Assembly: GCA_016840855.1 (NCBI GenBank)
Contig: JAEORO010000115.1
Coordinates: forward strand, 1-25,495
Length of the DNA stretch: 25,495 nt
Reading direction: 5' to 3'
Source of the DNA: Candidatus Thorarchaeota archaeon
Lineage (GTDB): Archaea > Asgardarchaeota > Thorarchaeia > Thorarchaeales > Thorarchaeaceae
Shown one piece after another: positions 17,376-25,495 of the stretch. The stretch's first letter is position 1; each line of letters starts with the position of its first letter. Under the pieces are notes generated by a model. It did not search any database. It was not told the DNA's origin and worked only from the letters and a program-made list of their open reading frames with translations. Both the position numbers and the translations under genes were made by a program.

Positions 17376-17990
17376 CTACCTACGAATTCGTGGAAGAAAT
17401 CTACCGGTTCGGCGCATGTATTCAGTATACTCTTCACCGAAAGTTTCCAGTAGCATTTGTTCCTCTTTTCGCGCAAGAAATGGAAAGGGAATGATGACCA
17501 ATAGTGCAAATCCGAGAACCATAAAGTTTGCAGTGAGAAGTGAAACCCCAAATGAGAAAGTATTCAGAACAGTGTACATAGGATGGCGTACACTTGCATA
17601 TGGGCCCTCTGTGATTAACAGATGACTCTCTTTGATCTGCAGACATGGTGAATATTGACGGTCGAGTGTTTTATGAATCCACCAGAGAAAGGGTACGCTG
17701 ACCAATGTCAGCGCAACACCAATCCAACGAATAAACTCCGGGTATGTCGGTATCTGAGCCCAAGCAAACCACGGAATATTGAGCAGGTACAGAATTATCG
17801 ATGCGAAGTACCCAAGAATGGCAAACGATATGACTCCTTCAGCTATTCCAAACTTTTTCCGCTCCTCAACAGCATCTGGTTTAGCCCGCTGAGGTTTAAC
17901 GAATCGATAATATCCTCGGACACCAAAAAAGAGTGCGTAAAGTGCAACAAAAAGAACTCTGTAGAATATCTCATCAGCCACAGGAATCAC
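17376..17990 (-). CDS. Isoprenylcysteine carboxyl methyltransferase (ICMT/Ste14/PEMT) family membrane protein
   Basis: HLLITEGPYASVRHPMY and EEQMLLETFGEEYTEYMRRTGRFLP motifs, with 4-5 TM helices. Confidence 0.92.
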   Translation of the reverse strand: MIPVADEIFYRVLFVALYALFFGVRGYYRFVKPQRAKPDAVEERKKFGIAEGVISFAILGYFASIILYLLNIPWFAWAQIPTYPEFIRWIGVALTLVSVPFLWWIHKTLDRQYSPCLQIKESHLLITEGPYASVRHPMYTVLNTFSFGVSLLTANFMVLGFALLVIIPFPFLARKEEQMLLETFGEEYTEYMRRTGRFLPRIRR

Positions 17991-18010
17991 CAGTTTGTCT
18001 TTGATAATAC

Positions 18011-18044
18011 ATACTATATAGTCAGAATAAATACTAATAAGTCA
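18011..18044. promoter_or_regulatory. Tandem pseudo-palindromic operator ATACT-N4-AGTCA x2, probable TetR site
   Basis: ATACTatatAGTCA (18011-18024) and ATACTaataAGTCA (18031-18044), with a 20-bp period, between the divergent ICMT and TetR genes. Confidence 0.7.
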
Positions 18045-18106
18045 CTTTTTAACTTTCTTGGTTAAGCAATTATAGATGTTCTCATTCAACTGAGGTCAGA
18101 ATTACA

Positions 18107-18712
18107 ATGCCAAAAGTGGTGCCTGAGTATAAGGAAACAGCTAAGCAGAGAATTATCGAAGCTGGGGCAAGGGTATTCATTGAGAGAGGATACTACAGAA
18201 CAAGTATGGACAATATTGCAGAGGCATTGGGAGTTAGTAAGGGGGCCATTTACCAGTATTTCAAGAGCAAACAGCAACTCTTCTTTGAGGTGATTGAATT
18301 CATCTTAGAAGCTCAAAAAGATGAGGTGATGTCCATTATACTGTCTGACAATCCCATGCATATAGCTTCAGAGGAATTTTTAGAGATGAAGATTAGAAGA
18401 GCGCTTCAGACCCGTTCTTTTGGTCTGGACCTGTTTTTTGAGGCAGCAAGAAATGAAACACTCAGGAATCGAATGAGTGAGATGTATGACATGAGTTATC
18501 GTGAATTTGCTAGCCATGTTGAAAGGTTGAAGAATCAGGGCAAAATCAAAAAAGATGCTGATGTAAGTGTTACATGGAGGGGACTAGTTGCATTACGTGA
18601 TGGACTAATAAGTTCAGTATTCTTTGGCGCTGATGTTTCAGATGCAAAGAAGACCTGGGGAAAAGTGGCAGCAATGCTTCTGAAAGATATAATTGTCAGA
18701 AATATCGAGTAG
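18107..18712 (+). CDS. TetR/AcrR-family transcriptional regulator
   Basis: MPKVVPEYKE..KQRIIEAGARVFIERGYYRTSMDNIAEALGVSKGAIYQYFKSKQQLF. SD GAGGT upstream. Confidence 0.95.
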   Translation: MPKVVPEYKETAKQRIIEAGARVFIERGYYRTSMDNIAEALGVSKGAIYQYFKSKQQLFFEVIEFILEAQKDEVMSIILSDNPMHIASEEFLEMKIRRALQTRSFGLDLFFEAARNETLRNRMSEMYDMSYREFASHVERLKNQGKIKKDADVSVTWRGLVALRDGLISSVFFGADVSDAKKTWGKVAAMLLKDIIVRNIE

Positions 18713-18747
18713 AATTGCTAAATACCACCCTAGCCAATCTGAATGCT

Positions 18748-18987
18748 TCAACTGTCACTCGATTTGCTTTCAGAGTACATCTTCTCAAGGCGCTTTCGAT
18801 CTTCGTATGTCTTGTATACACCTACTGCCACAGCGCATGGACCAACAGTACGAATTCTCAGTTGCTTTTTCTGGTGTGCCCATATCTTGTTTGTGCTGCG
18901 AATTCTTGAGTTTCTGCCAATTATGAGAATAAGTACTACAACAAATATGCCAGTGAAAAGCAGTATCGTGCTTAGTTCCATAATCAT
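18748..18987 (-). CDS. Small single-TM basic membrane protein
   Basis: MIMELSTILLFTGIFVVVLILII TM helix followed by a Lys/Arg-rich tail. Confidence 0.5.
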   Translation of the reverse strand: MIMELSTILLFTGIFVVVLILIIGRNSRIRSTNKIWAHQKKQLRIRTVGPCAVAVGVYKTYEDRKRLEKMYSESKSSDS

Positions 18988-19132
18988 CCTGCTTCCTAGC
19001 AAAATAAAAGGAGAACGGACAACGCATCTTTTCAACAGTATTAGATAGGGCTGAATCTGTCAAGTCCTACCTCTCCCAAAGGGGTCTTTGGCGATTCTGA
19101 ACTTCTGGTTTTGAGTATATGGTTCATCTTAC

Positions 19133-19924
19133 TTAATTTTGGAGAATAGCTATCCGTCCGTACTTGCTCACATTGAGTTGAAGTTCATCTCTGAATGTAG
19201 TCGCATATGCAGTTTCGATTCGAATACGCTCATTCATCCGGACTTGTCGTATCATATCATCCCAGAGTACAAGTTTGATTGATGCTGAATCATCCTTTAG
19301 AATAGCTTCAGCAACCTGATGATACTTGTTGTCTTTCTTGGAGAAGACCTCTCTCGTTGGGGAGATGTTATCAATTATGCCCTCTACGAAGTATCTCTGT
19401 TTATCATCTTTAACATCTGCAATCCTCGTCGTTTCGAACTTGTATTCTGGATCCAAGACCAATTCATAAGCTCGCAACTCAAAAGTAGGAACCCATCTAA
19501 AGACACCATATTGCATGAAACCTAATCGCTCATAGTATGACTTTGTCCTCGAATTCCACACAGGCGTATCTAATGTCCATCTTATTGCCTGTGGATATCT
19601 TGCCTTTATTAGTTCAAAAGAACGTGTTCCAATTCCCTTTCGGTGAAACTCAGGGTCAATAAAGACATTGAAAATCTCATAATGAACATCAGTGATTCTA
19701 AAGACACTTGTGCCGCCCACAATTTTTTCATCATGGAGGATTTTCAGATAGTCAAAGGACTTGTTCTGAATTGATTCTCGGTGATGCTCAACAGAATCGT
19801 AGCCCGGTGGTCCCCCCTTTCCTGAAGCTCCGACCTCCGAATCTGAGTCGAAAGCGCGCCTTGAGATATCAGCTAATATCTCTGCGTCTATAGGTTCAGC
19901 AAGCAGAATAGAAATGTCGTTCAT
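19133..19924 (-). CDS. GNAT N-acetyltransferase fused to an SSB/RPA-type OB-fold domain
   Basis: GNAT motifs: VFIDPEFHRKGIGT (motif A) and N...SYYERLGF. OB fold: RIADVK..VEGII..SPTREV..VAEAILKDDSASIKLVLWD..IETAYATTFRDELQLNVSKYG. SD GAGGTG precedes ATG19924. Confidence 0.9.
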   Translation of the reverse strand: MNDISILLAEPIDAEILADISRRAFDSDSEVGASGKGGPPGYDSVEHHRESIQNKSFDYLKILHDEKIVGGTSVFRITDVHYEIFNVFIDPEFHRKGIGTRSFELIKARYPQAIRWTLDTPVWNSRTKSYYERLGFMQYGVFRWVPTFELRAYELVLDPEYKFETTRIADVKDDKQRYFVEGIIDNISPTREVFSKKDNKYHQVAEAILKDDSASIKLVLWDDMIRQVRMNERIRIETAYATTFRDELQLNVSKYGRIAILQN

Positions 19925-20196
19925 GCTCAACACCTCTTTTTCGATGGTGAAAATATCAAATGTTTCTATTATAACTGATTCACTCGGAGTTACAGAGAAC
20001 TCTATCATGCTGCACCTAGATGATTCCAGCTCATTTTCTATTCGAAACTACTTCATGGATTTGACCTATTCATAGATCGGTTCGCAGAGCTCCTTCATAC
20101 ACTCATTCTCAGGGGTTATTGGGCAAGGCCTCCAACCGTCTACAGGTTACACGATTATTGCTTCGATTATAGAGATTAAAAGCGCACTTTTTTGGA

Positions 20197-20946
20197 ATGA
20201 TTGCCATGGTATCCACTGATAATTATTATGTTCAAAAAAAGGACCATTGGCTGAAATTTTATCGCGACATTATGGGAAATAAAAGAGTTCAACGCTCTGT
20301 GCTTCAAAAATATCTTACTCTTGAAAAGATAGAGGAACTGAAGTTGAATATGCAACAGCAATTTGAAGAGCTGTTGCCGCAAATCCCAGATTTCGGTAGA
20401 AAGCAAATAAACCAATTCTCAAAGGACATGGTTAAGACTGCACTTTCTTTAGCATTTTATCGGGTCTTAAAAGAAGAAGGATTTCAACTTCACAAGATTG
20501 GTCAAATAATCTTTGAAATTGGTGAAGCCTACTATGGAAGCATGAACCCAATTACGAAATTCATAATGCGTAGGTTCTACCTCTCTTCATCCACTCAGAA
20601 GAGAATCAAGAAAGCGATAGAACAGAGGAGACTTCCTGTTGATCCTGAGGACTATCACTGTACTTTTGTTGAGGGCGACCAAGAGAATCTACTTTTTGGT
20701 TTGGACTACGCAAACTGCGCAGGCCTTCATTTCCTAAAACATCAGAATGCGTTGGAATTGGCACCATACCTTTGTATATGTGACTATCCAATATACAGAG
20801 CAATCAACATAGGTTTTAATCGTAGTCAGAATCTTGCGATTGGTGGAACAGCGTGCATGTTTCGATTCTATCGTAATTATCCAACTGAGAGAGGCTGGCC
20901 ACCCGAAGAGGTGACTGAATACAAAGACTTCAAGTTCGATGAATAA
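20197..20946 (+). CDS. L-2-amino-thiazoline-4-carboxylic acid hydrolase-like (ATC_hydrolase, V4R-related) protein
   Basis: FGLDYANCAGLHFLK...ELAPYLCICDY...GFNRSQNLAIGGTACMFRF Cys pattern. Confidence 0.82.
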   Translation: MIAMVSTDNYYVQKKDHWLKFYRDIMGNKRVQRSVLQKYLTLEKIEELKLNMQQQFEELLPQIPDFGRKQINQFSKDMVKTALSLAFYRVLKEEGFQLHKIGQIIFEIGEAYYGSMNPITKFIMRRFYLSSSTQKRIKKAIEQRRLPVDPEDYHCTFVEGDQENLLFGLDYANCAGLHFLKHQNALELAPYLCICDYPIYRAINIGFNRSQNLAIGGTACMFRFYRNYPTERGWPPEEVTEYKDFKFDE

Positions 20947-21050
20947 AAGTTGCTAAAAAGGAGGTCACTAATCCATCAGCCTCCAGCTCCTCAGTACGCA
21001 TCTCTATTCCACTATCTTGCCTCATTTGTATACTATTATTGAAATGAAAG

Positions 21051-22172
21051 TCATTTGTTATGGGATAGGTATTCGGTTTCTTGTTCATCATCATTTTCGA
21101 CGTTGGTTAATACTCCTTCCCGTTCCCAACGAATCACTGTGAATAGAATACCTGCAATTAGGAAGTAGGAACAGAACATTAACGCAACAAGAGCATGAGC
21201 CCACCATATATCACCAGATGTAATCAATTGCGAAATAACCGTAACCGTCATCAAGATACCAAGGAGATACCAGCAACAAATGAATGTCCATTCATTGCGC
21301 TTATTTCCACCCTTGCTACCCCACACGAGAAAGAGAAGAATCAGATGCGTAAAGGCATACGCCAAGATTGCATCAAGAAAAGAATCAGGAAACCATGCAA
21401 TCATCAGCACAAACCCATAGACGAGTAAAAACATGAGGATTCCGTTTGACCTGTAATATGTCGGTTTCTTTCCACCGTGGGGTCGAGGGTCAGGTTCCAG
21501 GATACCCCATGCTTCAGAAGACTGAAGATATTGGTCCATGTCTTCCAACCCTTGAAGAATGGGAGGGAAAGCTTTGAAGGTTTGAACTGATACCCCCTGA
21601 GGTTGACCATTATACCTCTGGACTACAACACCATAATCTCCATCAATCGCGAGAGAAGAGTCTGCATCCTTCTCAAACTCCCTACCAATAATTTTCGGGA
21701 GATCAAATGCTAACTCTAGCCGCAGTTTATTGCTTTCCGTCCCCAATGTATGGGAGATGTCGCTACTCACATTCCGCTCTACATGATCCCTGAGATTGCT
21801 AACCATCTCTTTGCAATTCATCTTAGAACAACTACCGAGAGCTAGGTACCATCCTTCTACTTCGCCCCATTGACCAAAATAGATAGGTTTGAGGATAAAG
21901 CAATTTGACCAATCATGTAGGATTATTGAGATTGGCACACCAACCACAAAGTTGTATACAATATCTAGTAGAACAGCGAAAAACGGTTTCTCATATTCCT
22001 CTTGTTGTATTGCAGGGTCTGAAGAATAAAAGAAAGTTCCATCTTTTCGGAATATAGAGATGCTTTCCAGAGATAGCTCAGTGCAGTATTTACGCAGGAT
22101 TCTCTCAGCTTCATCTATTAAATCTGGATCAGTTGCTCGTTCCATTCTTACCCTCACAATATTCTGAACCAA
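21051..22172 (-). CDS. Hypothetical membrane protein: possible N-terminal Roadblock/longin-like domain plus four C-terminal TM helices
   Basis: 373-aa ORF. N-terminal helix, SISIFRKDGTFFYSS hairpin, helix, strands, helix. Four hydrophobic segments at aa ~245-347. Confidence 0.75.
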   Translation of the reverse strand: MVQNIVRVRMERATDPDLIDEAERILRKYCTELSLESISIFRKDGTFFYSSDPAIQQEEYEKPFFAVLLDIVYNFVVGVPISIILHDWSNCFILKPIYFGQWGEVEGWYLALGSCSKMNCKEMVSNLRDHVERNVSSDISHTLGTESNKLRLELAFDLPKIIGREFEKDADSSLAIDGDYGVVVQRYNGQPQGVSVQTFKAFPPILQGLEDMDQYLQSSEAWGILEPDPRPHGGKKPTYYRSNGILMFLLVYGFVLMIAWFPDSFLDAILAYAFTHLILLFLVWGSKGGNKRNEWTFICCWYLLGILMTVTVISQLITSGDIWWAHALVALMFCSYFLIAGILFTVIRWEREGVLTNVENDDEQETEYLSHNK

Positions 22173-22465
22173 ATGAGTATTTGTTAATTTCCAAATTCAT
22201 GACGAAAAAAGAATAGAAGCTAGGAGTTCAATACCTTCCAGTTATTACATTTCAAATAATTTCATAGTCTTGATTCATTGATAAACAAGTACACCAACAA
22301 ATTTCATACGTTCAGCCTTCGGCGTCATCAGTACCATGCTGTGAGGATATATGGAAATGAGTCGAAAGTAGACTAGTATCTTGCCCTTCAAATTAAATCT
22401 GATTCGACATTCTCAGAGTAATCGCAAGCTATCAAATATGAGTGATGGTCCTGATTATTATTTAC

Positions 22466-23098
22466 TCAACTAGATTTTAGAAACGATATTACGAAGGAAC
22501 ACCATTTATCGTTCAATTTAAGATATTCACTATCTTGCGCTACCATCACATCCCTCATCAGTCGGGATGCATCCACTTGCTGATGTTCCGACAAGCTGTT
22601 CCAAAACTCGGTATTCGTGATTGTAAGTTCAGAGCTGATTTGATTCTCTCGCTCAATTAGCTGCTCAAGCATTTTCAGTGCATCAGCAATTCTTACTTCA
22701 GGAATACGAACTCCATATGCTTCAAGACCCATTATCATGTTGTAAAGCCGATCCTTGGCATAGGTTTCTATCCCACCATCAGCCTTTATCATGTCTGCAA
22801 TACCAAGACGGTATTCTCTTGCAGTTGCTCTATAGTATCGCTGAACAATTCCAGTTGTAGTCTTTTCAGTTCGAACCTGCTGAACCAGACCCACACTCTT
22901 TAGCCGTTCGATGTGACGCAATACATTTCCTGGATTTTTCCCGATAGCATCTGCAAGCTGCTTGACTGTCATCTCCTGATTAACAAGATACTTGAAAACA
23001 ATCAGTGCACGTATCTTATCAAAGAGAACTTTGATGGTGTTTGGATCTGAAATTATCTCTAGATCTTTCATGTGATGAGATGTATTCGATGAATTCAT
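22466..23098 (-). CDS. Winged-helix (ArsR/HTH_20-like) transcriptional regulator
   Basis: IKVLFDKIRALIV..L..QEMTVKQLADAIGKNPGNVLRHIERLKSVGLV...RYYRATA. Confidence 0.9.
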   Translation of the reverse strand: MNSSNTSHHMKDLEIISDPNTIKVLFDKIRALIVFKYLVNQEMTVKQLADAIGKNPGNVLRHIERLKSVGLVQQVRTEKTTTGIVQRYYRATAREYRLGIADMIKADGGIETYAKDRLYNMIMGLEAYGVRIPEVRIADALKMLEQLIERENQISSELTITNTEFWNSLSEHQQVDASRLMRDVMVAQDSEYLKLNDKWCSFVISFLKSS

Positions 23099-23099
23099 T

Positions 23100-24008
23100 C
23101 TACTGTGACCCCTCCTTGTGGATTTCCTGTTCTTCTTTTATATTCGGATCTGAAATGATTAGATAGGTTCTCGATACTGAGAGCACATAGATTGGCAATA
23201 ATAGCAAAATAAGCACAAGAGCAGATGCAAGTACATAGAGATCATATACTTGGCCTGTCAAGAGTATGACATCAGTGAACTCTTGGATAATAATGGGTCC
23301 GAGTAATAATAGACACAATGATGAGAACGTACCCCAGATCGAGAACACCGCACCAGAGTTATGCCAAGTCAACTTTAGTGAGTTCTTGATTGATGAGATA
23401 ACAGACATACCATCAACTATTGATGGAAAGACCATGGATAGTATTCCCGAGCAGAAGAGAAACCATAAAGCGGCAATGAAGACCAGAAATGTGAATGTTG
23501 TCGTGTCAGGCATCTGATTTGGAAAATAATATGATGCGATGATATACTCTATCCCTATTGGTACGATTATGAAGAGGAACTGAATTATCCCTCCAGAGGC
23601 CAAACGGGAGAATTTCTGTCGATACCAAAGCATTGCTTCCTCAGCAGTTGCAGTCCCACCTTCAAAGACCTCCTGCCCAATTCCAAACAGTGCACCCAGT
23701 GCAATCAAAAACGGTGCTAATAGGGCGGAACCTGCGAACAGAATTATACCGACAGCCTCGACATCATTTACGCCAGACAATGCGTCTCCGATTGAGTCGA
23801 AAATATCGAATATTTCGTCAAATGGACCATAGTAAATCGAGAGTGGTATACTTCCTATGAGCACAATCAAGAGAAACAAGACTATGGTAATGACAAAGAC
23901 ACCCAGTATTGCCAAGAAGATAGAGAGATAGTAAGTTCTTGTGTAGTGCACACTAAGCTTGATTGTCTCAATATAATTTCGCAGATTCCACTTGCCCACC
24001 CTTTTCAC
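23100..24008 (-). CDS. Multi-pass membrane protein (DUF4013/GDPD membrane-domain-like)
   Basis: About 6 TM segments with FPSIVDGMSVISSIKNSLKL pattern. GTG start overlaps the upstream stop (GTGA). Confidence 0.8.
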   Translation of the reverse strand: MKRVGKWNLRNYIETIKLSVHYTRTYYLSIFLAILGVFVITIVLFLLIVLIGSIPLSIYYGPFDEIFDIFDSIGDALSGVNDVEAVGIILFAGSALLAPFLIALGALFGIGQEVFEGGTATAEEAMLWYRQKFSRLASGGIIQFLFIIVPIGIEYIIASYYFPNQMPDTTTFTFLVFIAALWFLFCSGILSMVFPSIVDGMSVISSIKNSLKLTWHNSGAVFSIWGTFSSLCLLLLGPIIIQEFTDVILLTGQVYDLYVLASALVLILLLLPIYVLSVSRTYLIISDPNIKEEQEIHKEGSQ

Positions 24009-25495
24009 GTCCGCTTCGACCTTCTGTGCACTATGAAGATACTACTAAGTCCTACGATTCCTATAATTGAGAATGTAATTATAATCAAGTCTGAACCTGA
24101 TTGAACTCTTACATCCCCCGCACTGATCGTGAGGTCTAGATTATCAGATGGAATTTCAGCAAGTTCGAGCACATTTTGAAAATCAGTAGGTGTTTCATCG
24201 GACATAAGTGTCGTAATCAGATATACTTCTTCAGCTCCACTACTGTGAATGAATTCAGTGATCGTTTGGGATGATGATGGGTATTGAAATTGCGAAACAT
24301 ACGATCCACTTGAGTTGACCAAGGCAACAACTATACCAGCACCGTAAGATTGTGATTTACTGATTGAGATTGTGAAGTTATCAGACGGAGAGACTAATCT
24401 GTATACATTAAAGCCATAATGGGTGAGCTCAACATCCTCTCTTATGAACGGGAGGGGTTGCAATATTGTTGTCACATGTTGGATTGTATAGTTCAGAGAC
24501 CGGAATCCATAGATGCCATTCTCACTCTCAATATCATCTAGAACACATGCCGTGATGAAATCAAGGTACACCTCGTTGAAGGTCATGTCATATCCTGCAT
24601 TAGAAAGTGTAATTTCAACTGCTGCTGGACCATCCTCCCGAATTCCTACAAGGTCTTTCACAGTATCCAGCCCGAATCTGTCAGCAAGATAGTTCACATA
24701 GAGATATGCTTGACCATAGCTGGCGTCCCAAAGGCGACCATAAAACCGGTTGAAATGGATGAGAGAAACCTCTGGATGCAATGTGTAAGTAGTTGTGACT
24801 GCATCTGTAATGTAGTACCAGTATCCTGTGTAATCTATCGCGAGATTTGCCAATCCTTCAAACAGGAATTCTGCTTCATCTATCTCATAGTTATCCCATA
24901 TCAGGTGATTGAACTCATGGATGGTAATGAGTGCGGTCTCATTCTGGTTTCTTTCTGATTCAATGTAGATCATTTCTCTTCTATTAGAATAGGGAAATGG
25001 GCAGTCATCCCATGGGACGTGAAATCCCAGATACGCATTTCCCATATACCGAACCAATGGCACAAGAAAGAGGGTCACTCTTGGATCCCCATCAATATCT
25101 CCGAGATAACCATCTGGACTTCCAGCAAGCTCAACAGCATTGGGATAAATCTCATCATCGAATGTCTCCCTTAGTTGACTGCATTTCGATATTGCTGCAG
25201 TTTCTCCGAGTAGTTCTATTGTTTCATTTGCCATATAGACATAGCAGAAATCGCCAACAGAGAGAAGAGTAGCATTCACAGCGGTCAACTCCATGGACTC
25301 TGGTCGCGATAGGTAAGTCCAGAAAGCACGTTGTTCACCAAAGGACTCAGTAGTGCTTTCATGGTTAATCAAGACACCAGGAGTGAAGACAGGTGCGAAA
25401 TACACAGTTCTCACTTTGTCAGTATCATAAAGGAATTGAAAGGTGAACTGATATTCAATTCCTGCTACGAAATCACCGTAGACATCCATTGACAA
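24005..25495 (-). CDS. C-terminally anchored extracellular zinc metallopeptidase (gluzincin, M30/MA-clan-like), 5'-truncated
   Basis: TIHEFNHLI (HExxH), FEGLANLA (third ligand Glu), GDIDGDPRV, YSNRREMIYI and SYGQAYLYVNYLADRFG motifs. C-terminal TM followed by HRRSKRT. Confidence 0.9.
   Translation of the reverse strand: MSMDVYGDFVAGIEYQFTFQFLYDTDKVRTVYFAPVFTPGVLINHESTTESFGEQRAFWTYLSRPESMELTAVNATLLSVGDFCYVYMANETIELLGETAAISKCSQLRETFDDEIYPNAVELAGSPDGYLGDIDGDPRVTLFLVPLVRYMGNAYLGFHVPWDDCPFPYSNRREMIYIESERNQNETALITIHEFNHLIWDNYEIDEAEFLFEGLANLAIDYTGYWYYITDAVTTTYTLHPEVSLIHFNRFYGRLWDASYGQAYLYVNYLADRFGLDTVKDLVGIREDGPAAVEITLSNAGYDMTFNEVYLDFITACVLDDIESENGIYGFRSLNYTIQHVTTILQPLPFIREDVELTHYGFNVYRLVSPSDNFTISISKSQSYGAGIVVALVNSSGSYVSQFQYPSSSQTITEFIHSSGAEEVYLITTLMSDETPTDFQNVLELAEIPSDNLDLTISAGDVRVQSGSDLIIITFSIIGIVGLSSIFIVHRRSKRT

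Noticed and set aside
20009-20150. Possible TAG (pyrrolysine) readthrough extending the GNAT-OB ORF upstream
   Set aside because: It would need two TAG readthroughs, the extension has no recognisable domain, and a good SD plus ATG exists at 19924.
22173-22465. Possible gene remnant in the 290-bp gap
   Set aside because: Only very short ORFs in the frames I read, with no recognisable homology.
1132-25272. Many 60-140 aa antisense or alternative-frame ORFs (e.g. 1690-2109, 2188-2496, 12223-12531, 17655-18065)
   Set aside because: They lie within or largely overlap well-supported genes and have shadow-ORF composition.
1-25495. CRISPR array, tRNA/rRNA, IS element, SECIS or selenoprotein
   Set aside because: By eye I found no regularly spaced direct repeats, cloverleaf/T-loop signature, transposase motif or in-frame UGA at a catalytic Cys position; a covariance-model scan was not possible.

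Overview
AT-rich (roughly 40% GC by eye), gene-dense prokaryotic window. Gene content (archaeal SSB-like OB fold, Ig-repeat surface protein, zinc-ribbon/acidic/coiled-coil protein, Roadblock-like domain, oligo-T terminators, GGAGG/GGTGA SD sites) suggests an archaeon, most plausibly Asgard (Thorarchaeia-like); this is inference, not shown. About 28 CDSs, mostly unlinked accessory genes: nadE, a vWA protein, an MBL hydrolase, an LLM oxidoreductase, a nitroreductase, CPBP- and ICMT-family membrane enzymes, TetR/PadR/ArsR-type regulators, two V4R-like Cys proteins and a membrane-anchored gluzincin. I found no rRNA, tRNA, CRISPR array or IS element. Highlights: (1) a 5'-truncated protein with tandem Ig-like domains, seven predicted TM helices (N-out/C-in) and an acidic tail, i.e. 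an adhesion-receptor-like architecture; (2) a GNAT acetyltransferase fused to an SSB-type OB fold; (3) a Roadblock/longin-like domain fused to a 4-TM anchor; (4) a PadR regulator fused to a degenerate SAM-methyltransferase domain; (5) a back-to-back deletion scar joining the 3' ends of an SDR gene (-) and an M20 amidohydrolase gene (+); (6) a tandem TetR operator; (7) two divergent genes that appear to use non-canonical start codons.
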